A stretch of 63,448 nt of DNA, the filler included, from Reclinomonas americana ATCC 50394 (Eukaryota), in the NCBI GenBank assembly GCA_048213135.1. It is 5 parts of 2 records of this genome, joined end to end, with 100 filler letters (N's around TTAATTAATTAA, not from the genome) between each part and the next. Parts side by side here need not be neighbours in the genome. Positions count along the whole stretch, not along the records: positions 20,067 to 48,334 come from PS015112.1; positions 48,435 to 54,710 come from PS015113.1; 3 more parts are not named here. The stretch is one strand, 5' to 3'. Positions 33,088 through 53,500 of this stretch are shown piece after piece. How positions within the stretch are numbered: the first letter of the stretch is position 1; each line of letters starts with the position of its first letter. The translations under genes and the position numbers were made by a program. The notes beneath the pieces were generated by a model. That model saw nothing but the letters and a program-made list of their open reading frames with translations. It searched no databases and was not told the DNA's origin.

Positions 33088-36000
33088 ATGGAGGACAGGG
33101 CGGCATCGCAGTCATCGATGGTGGCCGCCGCCATGCTTCATCCCACCACCGACTTGCTCCCTCAGTGCAAGATCACGCGGTGAGTTGTCCCTCTCCTCAT
33201 TTGGTTTGTCCGTTCCTGTGTGTGTTCGGATCGGTGCTCATCAGTCGCCACAGAGTCCTCTCCGCCATGGCGCTCCCGCTGCTCAGCGCCAGCTTCGCCA
33301 TTCACGCGTTTTTCTACGTCCCTGCGGCGTACGTTGTGTGGTGCCTGCTGCTGGCCATGGTCACCATTGGGATTCTCGCCTCGCTGCCGCCACCGGATTT
33401 GCTCCCGCGAACGAGTGACACCAGCACGCCAGAAGCCGGGTGAGTGCGTGGGGGCCACATAGTGCTTGCCATCTCTCTGCTTCTTAACCCCTCGCACACG
33501 CAGACACTCGCGATCGTCAGCCTCCCGAGCCAAGGGAGGGCGCCGACGATCGGCCAGCAACCAGAGAATCCGGCAAGACAGTTCGAATTCTCTTGGAGCC
33601 GCAGTGCACGCCTGTGCCGAGGCGTCGGCTTCACTTTCGGCATCTAGCCTCGTCGACACGGAGTCTGTCAACGCCACCGTTGTCAGTGCCAGTGCCAGCG
33701 CAATCGCGCGGTCCGACACACTGGGCTCTTTCAGCTCCGCCTCCATGTCGACCTGCAGTACCATGAGCGACCCGCTGACGATGACGCCGTCAGTGCAGGC
33801 GGCCTCCTCCTCGGCCGCGTCATCCATGTCAGTGACCGACTCGATGGGCAGTGGCAGCGCCAGTGTCTCGGCAACGGCCTCGGCCAGCGCCAGCTGCTGC
33901 GGCAGCAGTGTAGCTGGATCCGCGAGCACGAGTACCTCTGTGTACTCGGGAAACAGCAGCAGCACCGCGAGCAGCTTCGTGTCCACTGCCTCCTCTGCAA
34001 CTGGGCTGCGGTGTGCTGCCACCAGCTGCACTCGCACCTGCGCCAGAGGCATCATACACGCCCACACAGTTCCGTTTGTCGTCGCATCTTCTCGTTCCTC
34101 CAAAAAACTTGCTCATGCTTGTTTCCGTTTTTGTACCCTGACCCTCTTCTCTGATGGTGTCGCGCAGTGGTTTCGACGCCATTCCACATGCATTCTTGTG
34201 GTCGCTGCGTTGGTGGCTCACACTCTGCGACTGCTTGTGCCCACGGACTTTCCTGTTTGGTATGTACTCCTGTGGACATGTCCGAATCACCCAGCATCTC
34301 ATACTTTCCTCCTCCAACTATGTAGGGTGTTCAGCCTGCCCCTGATGCTCCAATTGGGACCACTGGTGCGATGTGGAGCCGCCTCTGTACTCGTGCACAC
34401 CTACGTCGTTCTCAGCACTGGCGTCACTATCTGTGTGCAACTGCACGGAGACATGGTGCGTTCCTAATCCTCGTCTCATTTGGTTGCTTTTTGCGCCTCA
34501 TCGTCGTCGCACAAACACACACAGCTGTGGACGGCGGCGCTTTTGGTCACCATTGTCGTGTTGAGCATCTACAACTCGGCGTGTGTGGCATTCACCAAGG
34601 GCACCGTCGCCAACCTGCTGCGTTCCAATCGCGGCCAGGAGGAGCTGCTGGCGCACATGTCGCACGAGCTGCGAAATCCGCTTTTTGGAATCATGGCCTC
34701 ATTGGACTTGCTGGATGAGGGGCGCCTGTCGCCCGACGATGCCGAGATGTTTCGTAACATCAAGTCCAGTGCGCGGGTGGTGAGTGAACGCGGTAGTTCG
34801 CTGGCGACTGATTCGTCGCCAAACTCACATTTCTGTGGTTTGTGCAGATGCTGGATATCGTGTCAGACCTGCTGTCGCTGATGAAGCAGGTGAGGGCCGA
34901 GGAAATATATATGCGAGTCAAGAACTTCTGTGCATTGATACTAAGTAGTCTGTGTTTGCATCACAGAACAAGACCGGCTCGAGCGCACCCGGCCTCCACG
35001 AGACGCTGACATCGGTCCGTGACGATGTGCGCTCCAGCATGGAGTGCATGCAAGGCATGGCACGAGTCAAGGGCTTGCATCTGCGCTGTCGCGTCGCCAA
35101 CAGTGTGCCGCGCATGATGATGCTCGACTCGCTGCGCTTGCGCCAAGTCCTCCTCAACTTGTTGTCGAATGCGCTGAAATGTTGCGCACATTTTTCTGCC
35201 AGCGCCGGCCTGCGCACACCGCATTCGTCGTGCGCAATGGACTTATCCCTCTGTCTCCCCTCCCGAACAGTCACTGACAAGGGATTCGTGGAGGTGCGTG
35301 TCAGCACCCGCCCGCATGTGCAAAAGGAGCAGGCCGACAGCAGCAACACGAAGCACACTCACGAGTTGGTGGTCGAAGTCGAGGATTCGGTGAGTACGCA
35401 GTAGTGGTTCAAGTTGACGGACTCCGTTGCTGATGTGCGATGCAGGGCCGAGGCATCCCCCAAAGTGAACTCGACACGGTGTTCATACCGTTCCGCCAAG
35501 GCAGCAACACCAGCAACCGCGAGTACCAGGGAACCGGCATTGGTGAGTTCTTTTTCGGCCTGCTCCTCTCCGCCGCCCCCTTCGCTTCGGCCGACTGATA
35601 ATGAGTGTGTGCGCAGGCCTCGGACTGGTGGAGCAATTCGTCAGCTTGTGGCACGGACGGCTGTCGGTCGCCAGCGAGTTGGGCAAGGGCACGACAATCG
35701 GCTTCACAGTGCCATACACGGCCGAGTCCGATGAACCGAGGAGCCCATCGGTGGTCGCACGGTCGTCGACCACCGTGTCATTCCGCAAGCCACATCTGGT
35801 GCGCTCCATGTCGGCCGAGAATACGAGTTTTTCGTCCAACTCGCACTCGTCACACTCCGTCGCCTCGTCGGCGTCGGAGAGGGGGTCGCCGACCGGCGCG
35901 TCCGCCTCCTCCGCCGTGTCAGCAGCAACGCTGCAGGGGGCGCCAGTTCTGTCAATGGCAGCCTCCAGCGAGACGATGTACACGATGCACTCGCTGGACG

Positions 36001-36782
36001 AGGTTCTCAGCGCCGGGCACTTTCGCCTGCCGATGCACCTCTCGCACTGCCACCACAGCCATCGCAGCCATCCGCACCTACTGCACCGACATCGCAGCCG
36101 CGGTGAGCGACTGGCGGCGGTCCCGCGACCTCGCTACCGCGGTGGCCTCGACGACCTTGCGCGGTCATTGTCGGCACCAGCCGATTGTTCGCATGCCCAC
36201 ACTGTGCGGCCGCGATTGTCTGTGTGCCTGGTCGAGGACAATGCGGTGAGTGAGTGAGGGAGTCGCACAAACCATCCATCCCCGCCTGCCAGCCACCACT
36301 CACCGCTGCTCACACAGATGATTCGCCGCCTGCTGCATCGAGTTCTTGCCAATCACGGCACCTTCGACCTGCAAATACACGTGCTCTGCGACGGCGACGA
36401 GTTGGTGGAGCACATTCGCTCGATTGTTGGCGACGCGGGTGGCGGCAGTGGCAGTGGCGGTGTCACGAAAATGCCCGACCTGATCCTCACCGACGAGCAC
36501 ATGAAACGATTGAACGGCACGCAGGCTATTGCCATGGCCCGCGCCACGTTTGAGCAGCACGTCGAGTACAACAGTCACCTGCAGTGGCCACTGGTGGCCC
36601 TAATGTCTGGAGACGACCTACTCAGCAAACAACGACCGGACAACGAGGTCGACAGCAGCGATCGACTCGACTTGTCACTCGTAGATGTCGCCCTCACCAA
36701 GCCCGTCGACACCTCCAGTTTGGACGACGTCCTGCAGCGGGCGTGGAGACGACAGGCTCCCCGCCGGATCAACACTGGCTGA
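33088..36782 (+). CDS. Membrane-associated hybrid histidine kinase (hydrophobic segments, Ser-rich region, HisKA, HATPase, receiver; multi-exon)
   Basis: H-box LAHMSHELRNPLFGI, N-box LRQVLLNLLSNALKF, G1 VEDSGRGI, F-box FIPFRQ, G2 GTGIGLGL; receiver LVEDN...PDLILTDEHM..LNG...LTKPV. Confidence 0.92.
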
Positions 36783-36879
36783 AACATTTTCCTACAAAAC
36801 GACTAATGAAGACTAAAAAGAACATATATAACATGAGCGATGTCTCTCTCTCCATTGTCGTCACAACAAAGAAGTTCGA

Positions 36880-37882
36880 TCATCTCTCTGGCTCGGCCGG
36901 GAGCGACAAGACTGCATCGTTCAGTGGCCACAACTCCATCTGTGCTGGGGCGTCGGGCGCAGACAGATTCGTAAACAGGACCACCTCGGAGGTGGTGTTC
37001 CAGCGTACGGAGCTCGATCCCTTGCGGCTGTGCGGGTGGAGAAGGAGAAGAGAGAGGAGGAGGAGAAGGGAGGAGAGGAGAGGGGAGAGAGAGGAGAAGG
37101 AGAGGGGAGAGAGGAGAAGGAGAAGGAGAAGGGAGGAGAAAGAGAGAGAAGGGGAGAGTTTGAGAAGAGATACGAGAAGGGATAAGAAAAGAAGAGATGA
37201 GATGAGAAGAGAACAGGAAAGAAAAGAACAGACAAGGGGCGAGAAGAGGAGAGGTGAAATGTGATGGGAGGAGAAGAGATGAACATAATGAGGCGAGAAG
37301 AAGAAAAGAGAAGAGCGAACAGAAGAAAAGAGAGTGAGTCAGTAACGAATGAGAATGCAAGAAAAGAAAAATATGACGGAAGAACTTGCCTGGTCTTCTT
37401 GAGGCTACTCTTGCGCAGCGGTGCGTCGCTATCGGTGGATGAAGCGACGGTCTTGATCGAGGACGGTCTGATGAGGCGCGAAGTGAGCTTACAAACAGAA
37501 AGATAGAGAGAAGCACAAAATGCACTTGAGGACGATCACAACGCAACATTACGGTCTTTCTCGGCGTCGACGGTTGCATGGATGGCGGGTGGGCGGCTTT
37601 GCGCGGCACTGGCGAACGACGCACAGCGGCAGCGAGCTCGCCAAACCCGGTCTTGTTGGCGGTGCGCTTGAGCGGGGCCGACGTGGCCCTGCGCGAGAGA
37701 GGAGAGAAGGGGATGAGTGTGGGAGCATAGAGATGGAAAGAGAGAGAGCGTGGGGGCAGAGAGAGATAGAGAGAGTGGGGGAAAGTGAGAACGAGAGAGA
37801 GACATAGAGAGAAAGAGACAGAAAGAGAGAGAGAGTAAGAGAAAGAGAGAGTGAGAGTGAGAGAGAAAGAGACACACAGAGA

Positions 37883-37914
<32 letters not shown>

Positions 37915-38040
37915 CAGAGCGTGGGGGACGAGAGAGACAGAGCGTGGAGGAAAGAGAGATAAGTGAGACAGTGAGAGAGAGAGAGAGAGTGCGTGCGTGT
38001 GTGACGGAAAGGGGGAGAGAGAGAGGCAAGAAGCCAGGAG

Positions 38041-38075
<35 letters not shown>

Positions 38076-38960
38076 GAGGGACGGNNNNNNNNNNNNNNNN
38101 NNNNTGCCGCCAGTGACGCTTTCGGCGTGACGCAGATCGTCCAGAATGGCAAATCGCAGATCGAGTCGCGGGACAATGGAGGGCGCCTGTGATTCACGTA
38201 CAAAGAGAGATTGAGAGTGAGAAGCGGGAAAGGAGGATACTGAGAAGCGAGAAGGGAGGATTGAGAGAGCAAGGGCGGGGAGAGAGAGAAAGAAAGGAAG
38301 TAAGGTCGGGAGAGAGGGAGAGAAACAGAGACAGACAGACAGCGAGAGACAGAGAAAACGAGAATGCAAGTGAAACAGCGAGAGATACAGAGATGCACAG
38401 TGAATGAGACAGAGAGTGCGTGAGAGAAAAGAGAGAGATGGTGATGGGAGGAAGGTCCACTCTCGATCCACTAGTGAGGAGAAAGGCAGCAAGACACATA
38501 ATCGGTGGGTCACGGTGGGAGTCTACAGCGAGAGATACATAAACACACACACACACACACACGAACCGACGGCACAACCTCCGGAGGCACGTCGTTCAAC
38601 TCGTCATCGCCCACGGGCATATCCCAATCTGAGGCCGCCGCTGCCGCCGCCGCCGCTGCCGCGGTGGCCATTGCCGAGGATATGCTGGTGGACTCGACGA
38701 GTGATCGCATGGCGCGCTCCACCTCGGCTGCAACCGCTGCGTGAGTGCGACTGGCATCGTCGCCGCTGCGTGCCGACTGCTGTGGTGAAGCGGGAGTCGC
38801 ATGGTGACCGTTGTATCGTGCCGCGCTCGCTCGCACAGCGCCGCCAGTGAGTGTTCCTGCTGAAGACGACGACGACGGGACAGAAGGCAGCGGTGGTGGG
38901 AGTGGCGGCAATCCGAGTGGTGACGGTGGTGTCGGATCGACTCGCTTCTTCTCCGCCGCC
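36880..38960 (-). CDS. Hypothetical low-complexity protein (multi-exon, 5' in gap)
   Basis: GC-rich coding-like blocks (~38578-38960, 38105-38187, 37550-37690, 37390-37480, 36880-37028) bounded by GT/AG on the minus strand and separated by microsatellite-rich introns. No recognisable domain. Confidence 0.45.
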
Positions 38961-39629
38961 NNNNNNNNNNNNNNNNNNNNNNNNNNNNNNNNNNNNNNNN
39001 NNNNNNNNNNNNNNNNNNNNNNNNNNNNNNNNNNNNNNNNNNNNNNNNNNNNNNNNNNNNNNNNNNNNNNNNNNNNNNNNNNNNNNNNNNNNNNNNNNNN
39101 NNNNNNNNNNNNNNNNNNNNNNNNNNNNNNNNNNNNNNNNNNNNNNNNNNNNNNNNNNNNNNNNNNNNNNNNNNNNNNNNNNNNNNNNNNNNNNNNNNNN
39201 NNNNNNNNNNNNNNNNNNNNNNNNNNNNNNNNNNNNNNNNNNNNNNNNNNNNNNNNNNNNNNNNNNNNNNNNNNNNNNNNNNNNNNNNNNNNNNNNNNNN
39301 NNNNNNNNNNNNNNNNNNNNNNNNNNNNNNNNNNNNNNNNNNNNNNNNNNNNNNNNNNNNNNNNNNNNNNNNNNNNNNNNNNNNNNNNNNNNNNAGTCTC
39401 ATCTGCTCACAAACCATCTCTCTCATCTCAGAAGAACACACACACACTCTCTCTCTCTCTCTCCCACACACACACACACACACACTCTCTCTCTCTCTCT
39501 CCCTTCTTCTTCTCTCTCACACACACACTCACCACTCAACACCGGCAACCCCTGCAACTCATCTCCGCCCTGCTCACTCCCATTAAGCCGCCTTGCACTC
39601 GCCACGCGCTTCGTCGATAACAATGACGA

Positions 39630-40370
39630 CTTTGCTGTTGAAGTTAAAGTTGCTGTTGATTGTTGTTGTTGTAATGAGGGAAGAGGAGGAGGTTCCAAAC
39701 TTGAAGAAGCAGAAGAGGAAGGATGTGTGCGCGAGGCTCGTCGAGAGAGCGGGGTGCTCGCGGAGCAGCCCATGGTGTCTCACTTGCGGTGAGAGTGTGC
39801 GTGCGTGCTATGCGTGTGTTCGGTTGAATTTGGCGAGAATGAGTCATTCGAGTTGGGACATTTGCGCATGCATGCAGTTGTGGACAGAAAGCCCTCTCTA
39901 TCCAGCCCCGGTTCAGCAAAGTAGAATGGCGCATTAGACGTGCAGGAAAGCGCTTCCGCGTTTGGTGTCCGTTACAAGGCTCGATTTCTTGAGATATCGA
40001 TATCGAGAATATCGATTGCAATTTGGCGAACTTGTCCGCTTCGTGTACATGCAAGTACTGCGGTTCCGGAGGAAGTATTCTGAGTTGAAGTTGAAGAAGA
40101 TGCTGCTGATTGTTGTAATGAGGAATGTGGAGGAAGTTCCACGCTTGAAGAGGAAGTGGAAGGTCAGTTGCTTGCACATTGTTTGTTGATGAATGAATTG
40201 TTGTAGTTGGACGTGTGCGCGAGGCTCGTCGAGAGAGCGGCATGCTCGCAGAGCAGCCCATTCGCGTGTAAGCACACTGTGCGAGACTGTGCGCGTGTTC
40301 GAATTTGGCATGCATGCATTTCTTGTGCAGAGAAACCTGTGTCCAACCCGGTTCAGCGAGTAGAAGAATT
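39630..40370 (-). repeat. Diverged direct duplication; each unit contains an ORF start MGCSAS(T/M)PLSRRASRT
   Basis: gtgtgcgcgaggctcgtcgagagagcgg...gagcagcccat at ~39725-39773 and ~40213-40261, with similar flanks. Minus-strand ATGs at 39773 and 40261. Confidence 0.7.
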
Positions 40371-40435
40371 GCGCTTTCTGAGAACTCCCACAGATGCGTG
40401 ATCAGCATTTCTCTTGTTCACGATCCTTCTTCACT

Positions 40436-47416
<6,981 letters not shown>

Positions 47417-48281
47417 GGTCACGAGAAAACGGTTGAAACTCTGTTCTTTTTTTGGCGCCAAAATGTAAGACGCTGTCGGAAATGCCAAACAGCAGGTGTT
47501 GCCACAACAAACCACTCCATTCACCACATTGCAATGCAACAAATGTCCACATATCCCTTGCCGACAATGACCACGGCACAAACTATAATCTTCTCCAAAC
47601 AGTCATCTTCCCGTTCAGGAGGCGAAGCCAAGCAATCCGTGCTGGCATGTACAATGTATACGTAAGCAAATTTTTAAATGTTATTATGCTGTTCTGAGGG
47701 AAGAGGCCGGATCCAGAGGTCCGCATAATCATGTTTGATGCTGAGGATGGACTTGGTCATCATGCTTGTCGGTGAATGAATTGTTGCAGCTGTGACAGTA
47801 GTGAGCTCGAGCCCTTTGTTTCATTTTTGAAATTCCAGTGGTCGAGCGTGCAGGCCCATGTACGGGTGATCGGTGTTGGCAGTCGATCCCGACACCAGTG
47901 AGCCCTCTGTCGCGCGGAGTGAGATTCAAGCACGTTGCTGCCGAGTCAAGAAGCACAAACCGTGCGACACTTGCGCTCCGCGAATCACGTGGAATTTGGA
48001 GCCGCCACCGTCTCCTCCGGCCGCAGCACCAGCCGGAGGTGTCACGGAGGAGACGGCGCTGGGGCCGGTGGAGTAGCTCGCGCCTCGTGACTCGCTGCCA
48101 TCGTCTGTGGGTTCAGAGGGACTATGTGAGAAAGGCAGAGAGAGAGAGAGATAAGAGGGAGAGAGAGAGAGAGAGAAGATAAGAGAAAGAGGGAAGACAG
48201 AGTGATCACTCGTTGTGTTATTTCGTATGAATTCTCGTTGGTGAGAAGGAGAGAGAACAAGATGGATTGAGGGACGAAGAG

Positions 48282-48330
<49 letters not shown>

Positions 48331-48519
48331 GACGNNNNNNNNNNNNNNNNNNNNNNNNNNNNNNNNNNNNNNNNNNNNTTAATTAATTAANNNNNNNNNN
48401 NNNNNNNNNNNNNNNNNNNNNNNNNNNNNNNNNNGGAGGAGGAAGACGAGGATGAGGTACGGGGATATCTAGGGTGTTTTGAGCCTTCCAAGTTGTGCCG
48501 CTGACCGTGGCGTCCATAG

Positions 48520-50212
48520 GCGGATGCTGCCGAGGAAGAGGAGGAGGACAAGAAGGACGACGAGGACGACGACGACAGCGAGAGCAGCGATGGGGCGAAC
48601 GATGAGGACATGTTCCGCATGGACGCTCAGTTGGCCGAGGCTTTCAAGATGATGCGCAAGGAGCTGCAGCAGCAGGATAAGCCCAAGGGTTGGTGTCTTG
48701 CTTGAATGCTCGCTGTCGGACGCAGAGTCTCACTCACTCGAATCATGTGCATGCAGCTGATGCACGGCAGCTGGCCATGCAGTTCAAGCACAAGACGTTT
48801 GAGTTGTTGGAGCTGCTGGTGGCCAGGCGTGGAGCTTGCCACTTGGTCATTACTCGCATTTTGCCGCAAGTGGTGTCGATGCTGCACACGAATCCGCAAC
48901 AGAAGAAGCGTGCCGCCGAGGGCGAGGAGCCGGATACCTTTGTGGAAGCCGAAATCCGCATTAAGTTGGCTCAGTGGCTGTCGAAGAAGGTGGCGCGCAT
49001 GAGCAGGCTGGATCCGGCGTTGGTGGCTGATCCGCAGGCGGTGAAGGAGGCGATGCAGGTGTGTGTCTGGCGATGAATCTTGTTGGTTTTGTGAATAATA
49101 CTCATGCGGAGAGTGTTGCGTGCGCAGAGCTTGGAGAAGCTGTTTGACAAGATTACTGGCCTGCTGCTGAGCGCCGCCCACCCCGCCAAGGAGACGGTGA
49201 CGGCGTACTACGATGTATTGATGTTTATCATTCGATCCATGTCGCATCTGGACCAAGTTGCGTTTCTTGTCCTGTGATAGCATCGCGCACCTCCCCGACA
49301 CTCACCTGACCTGGTCGCACCTCGCAGTTGGCAGTACCAGCGGTGCGCAACTCAGTGTTGAGTACGCTGCGACGCAGCCTGCAAGTAATGGTGACGAAGC
49401 GACACTCGTCGGTGACGCCCGAATTGTATGTCACGCTCAGCTCGCGCTTCCCCGAACTCGGCTGGGAGTTGGCCGGCGACATGGCCGCCTCGTCCATCTC
49501 GTGCCCCTTCGAGTACATCCACTTTGGCATGCTCAACGTGTTCTCGGCACTGCTGAGGTCGACACCAACCGACGCTGCTGTGGAGCCGGCGACGGCCGAG
49601 CGTGCGGAGGCGGTGGCCGGTGCCATTAGCAAGATGCTGTCGGAGGTGTCGTCGAAGAAGGTCGACCGACTGCGCTCGGTGATCCGCACGGCGCGCGAGC
49701 TGCACAAGTGGGTGTCGCAGCGCTTCAGCGAGCAGCTGAGCAACCAGATCATGGTCAATGGCGGCGTGGCCGTGGCGCTGGCCACCCTCGCCGAGAACGA
49801 GCACCACAACAAGGCGATTCGGCGGCTTGCCACCGACCTGCTGACCGCCATGGAGGCCACCGGTATTCTCGTACCCACGGTGACTGTGGTGCCCGACGCC
49901 GCGTCGGCATCAGCGGACGTCTCCATGGACGCCGACGATGACGACGATGAAGACGAGGCCGACGACGAGGCCAAGGTGGTGGAGGATGCGGATGCCGACG
50001 ACGAGGCAGAAGAGGAGGACGAAGAGGAGGAGAGCAAGCCGGTGAAGAAGGCGGCGGCGCCGAAGGGCAAGAAGAACGCCGGACAAAAGCGACCGCGTGA
50101 GGAGGGCAAGAAGGCGGCGAGCAAGCCGTCGGCCGGCGCTCCGCCACTGAAGAAATCGAAGACGGCGAATGGTCGACCGGCACCGGGCGGCAAGAAGTCG
50201 GCGAAGCGTTGA
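48520..50212 (+). CDS. MYBBP1A: MYB-binding protein 1A / Pol5-like nucleolar protein, C-terminal part (5' in gap)
   Basis: Acidic tract then DEDMFRMDAQLAEAFK...MQFKHKTFELLELL, matching the recalled Pol5/MYBBP1A DxxMxxxDxxLAxxF...FKxRxxDLL pattern. Acidic then Lys-rich tail. Confidence 0.68.
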
Positions 50213-50529
50213 TCGCGCTCTTCTCTCTCGCACAACAACAACAACAACACCTTTAGTGAATAAAGAACGTAGCATCATGGTTATCCACGACTTGAAAAGA
50301 TCCGATTTTTATCAAAAAACGGACACGCAAATCAAGTCAATCAGCGCGCGCGCGAGGGTCGTTGACCCCTCCTCCTCGTCACTCTTCCGTCTCTCCCCTC
50401 GCACGGGCTTGGGAGCAGCACACACACTTACACAGACAGAGAGAGACTCTCTCACCCTCTGTCTGTCTTTGTGTCGCGCAACTCAGCCCGGTCTGACTGG
50501 CGCGTGTGCACCATCACCACGACGTCACG

Positions 50530-53500
50530 ATGCGCTTCATTCACCTCCACAATGCGGCGCACACAGCCGACCTCAATCCACACGCCACCTCCAACGTAAT
50601 CACCACAAGTCGGTCAGTTTGTGAGCCACACACAACTCCACACACAACACACAACACACACTGATTGACAACACACAATCGCACATAGCTATTCTTGGTG
50701 GTCGTTCTTGCCTGTCAACCTCGCCGAGCAGCTCATGTGAGTGGTCTATGTCTCTCTGTCTCACTCACTCGTGCTCACTGTGCGTGCGTTGCGCGGCATT
50801 AGGAAGCCAACAACTGCTTACTTTACGCTGATCGCCATCTTGTCGTGGTCAGTCAGTGTGCCACTTCCTTGTCTCTCTATCACTCTGTGTGAAGTGGTCT
50901 CAACGCTCCCTCGTGTGCCACGCAGCATCCCGGCGATCTCGCCCGTCAGTCCAGTGGCCTATGTGGCGACACTCGGTGTGTCTATTGTGCATTCTCAACT
51001 GTATCGCAGTTGGCGACTCACTGTCAGTCGATCGTCGACAGCCCTGCTGATCCTGGTCACGGCCATCAAGGACGGCATGGAAGACATTGTTTCGCCTCAC
51101 TCACTCGTCCACTTTTTCACGTGCATGTGCGGCCCTGCAACTCACGCACAGTTGTGCGCAGAAACGGCATCGTTCGGATCGGCAGATCAACAATCGTGTG
51201 GTGGAGGTGTTGCATCACGGCGAGTGGAGACCCTCACGGTGGAGCGATGTGCGGATAGGCGACACGCTGCGTATCAAGAACAATGATCATATTCCCGCCG
51301 ATGTGGTGCTGTTGAGTTCCAGTGCGGGAACGGTGGCGTTTGTGGACACGGCGAGTCTCGATGGGGAGACCAACTTGAAGGTCAAGGACGCCTTTCGTGC
51401 CACTCGTGAACTGGAGCCGGCTGAGGTGCGGTGGTGGTGAGCGTGCAGGGTACGCGGTGAGGGACTGGAGAGATTGATTCCCTGTTTCTTTTTTGCTGTG
51501 TGTGCCACACTACAGTTGTTGCAGTTTGATGGATTTGTGGAGGCACTGCCGCCGAATCGAGACATGATGCGCTTCGATGCCACATACCACGTTGAGCTGC
51601 CACTGAAGCGGAAGCATTCGCGCTCCAACATCCTGCACTCGGGAGCGACAGTGGGCTCATTGCCTCTGAGCATCACCAACTTGCTGCTGCGTGGAAGTAC
51701 ACTGCGCAACACGGATTGGATCATTGCCTCCACGGTCTACACGGGTCGCGAGACCAAGATCGTCATGCAGGATGCAAAGTGGCGTCTCTTTGTCTCCTCT
51801 CCATCTCTTGCGCTTCTTGTTGATGACTCATTTGTCATGCAACCACAGCAAGCGGTATCGCAAGAAGCTCGGGCGTGTGGAGTACCGCATGAATCTGGTG
51901 TTTGCCTGCGTGTTTACTGTACTCTTGGCGTACTGCACCGCGTCGGCCATTGCGGCATGCGTGCTGCAGGTGCGTTGCTGCACATTTCATTTGTTGGTGG
52001 TCGGCGGACAACTCGCCGCTGATCGGGGGGGTTTGCGCACAGAATCAAACCAGAGATGCCTACTATTTGGCGCAGTCGTCGGCCGGCTTTGACGACGGCG
52101 TCACCAGCTTCTTCACCGCCTTGGTCGGCAATGCCTACCTCATCTCCATCACGCTGTCGGTGTCGTTGGAGATTGTGCGAATCGTGTATGCGTGGCTCAT
52201 TGGCTGGGACCATGAGGTTCGTCCCGCTGCGTACGGCATGATGCATGTTTATTTGCACACTCGCCAACCCCATGCACACAGATGTATCACAAGGCCTCGG
52301 ATACGCCCGCACAATGCAATGACTCGTCACTGTCGGAAGAAATCGGGCAGGTGAGTCGCCGAATGGAGATGCGTGGTGTTATCGCCGTTGTTCACGATGT
52401 GGTACTTGTGCGCACTAGGTGGAGTACGTGTTCAGCGACAAGACGGGCACGCTGACGGAGAATCAAATGGACTTTATGAAATGCATTATTGCCGGCGTAC
52501 CGTTTGGAGTTGGCCTCACCGAAATCAGCAAGTCCAGCATCAGGCGACAGGGCGGCGTGGTGCCTCCCGATCCACCCGTGCCGGAAGGCGTCGTAATCAC
52601 TGTGCGTCTGCTTTGGTATGCTGCTGACCACCGCCCCAGCTACGCATCTGACTTGTGATTCTTTGGCAGCGCGGATTCAACTTTCGCGACGAGAGGTTCG
52701 ATGAACAACAGCAGTGCTGCGCAGATGAGTGTTTGCTTGTACTGATTATGACGTCGGCAGATTACTTGGCGACCGATGGCAGAGTCTACCGGAGCGCGAA
52801 ATGATTGGCGAGTTCCTTCTCATGCTGGCAATCTGCAACGATGTGCTGGTCGGCCGTGACGATGAGAATCCTGAAGGTCTTTTAGTCTTTCATCATTCTG
52901 TTGCAGCTCCGTTCTCCTCACACGATGGGAGCAGAATTCGAATACAAGGCCGCGTCGCCCGACGAACTGGCGCTCGTGGCTGCTGCCAAGCAATTCGGCT
53001 GGACGCTGACGGTCTGCGCCGTCATCAGGCACATCTTGTTTTTTCCTTGCTCCTCACTGCATCACAGCACGCCACCGACGAGTTCAAGCTCGTGAGCCAT
53101 GGCACGGAGAGCATGCGCATCCCGCTGCTGCACTCGTTTGAATTCGACTCTGATCGCAAGCGGCAGTCTGTCATTATCCAGCACCCGCGAACAGGTGCCG
53201 ACGACTGCATTGCTCATGCATGCCATCCCCCACAATGACTGAAGTGTGTATGTGTGTGTGTGCGTGATGCAGGCGAGGTTGTTCTCTACATCAAGGGCGC
53301 CGACAGCGTCATCTTTCCTCGTTGCATGGACAGTCAGCTGCTTACCGAATCACAAGCGCAAGCCGACGTGCGTGTCATTGTCCTGGTTGGCGTTTTACGC
53401 GTCTCGATTTGCTGACTGTTGACGCTGCAGTTGTATGCACAAGAGGGTCTGCGAACGCTGGCGTTTGCCATGCGAATTCTGCCACGCAGCGAGTACGACG

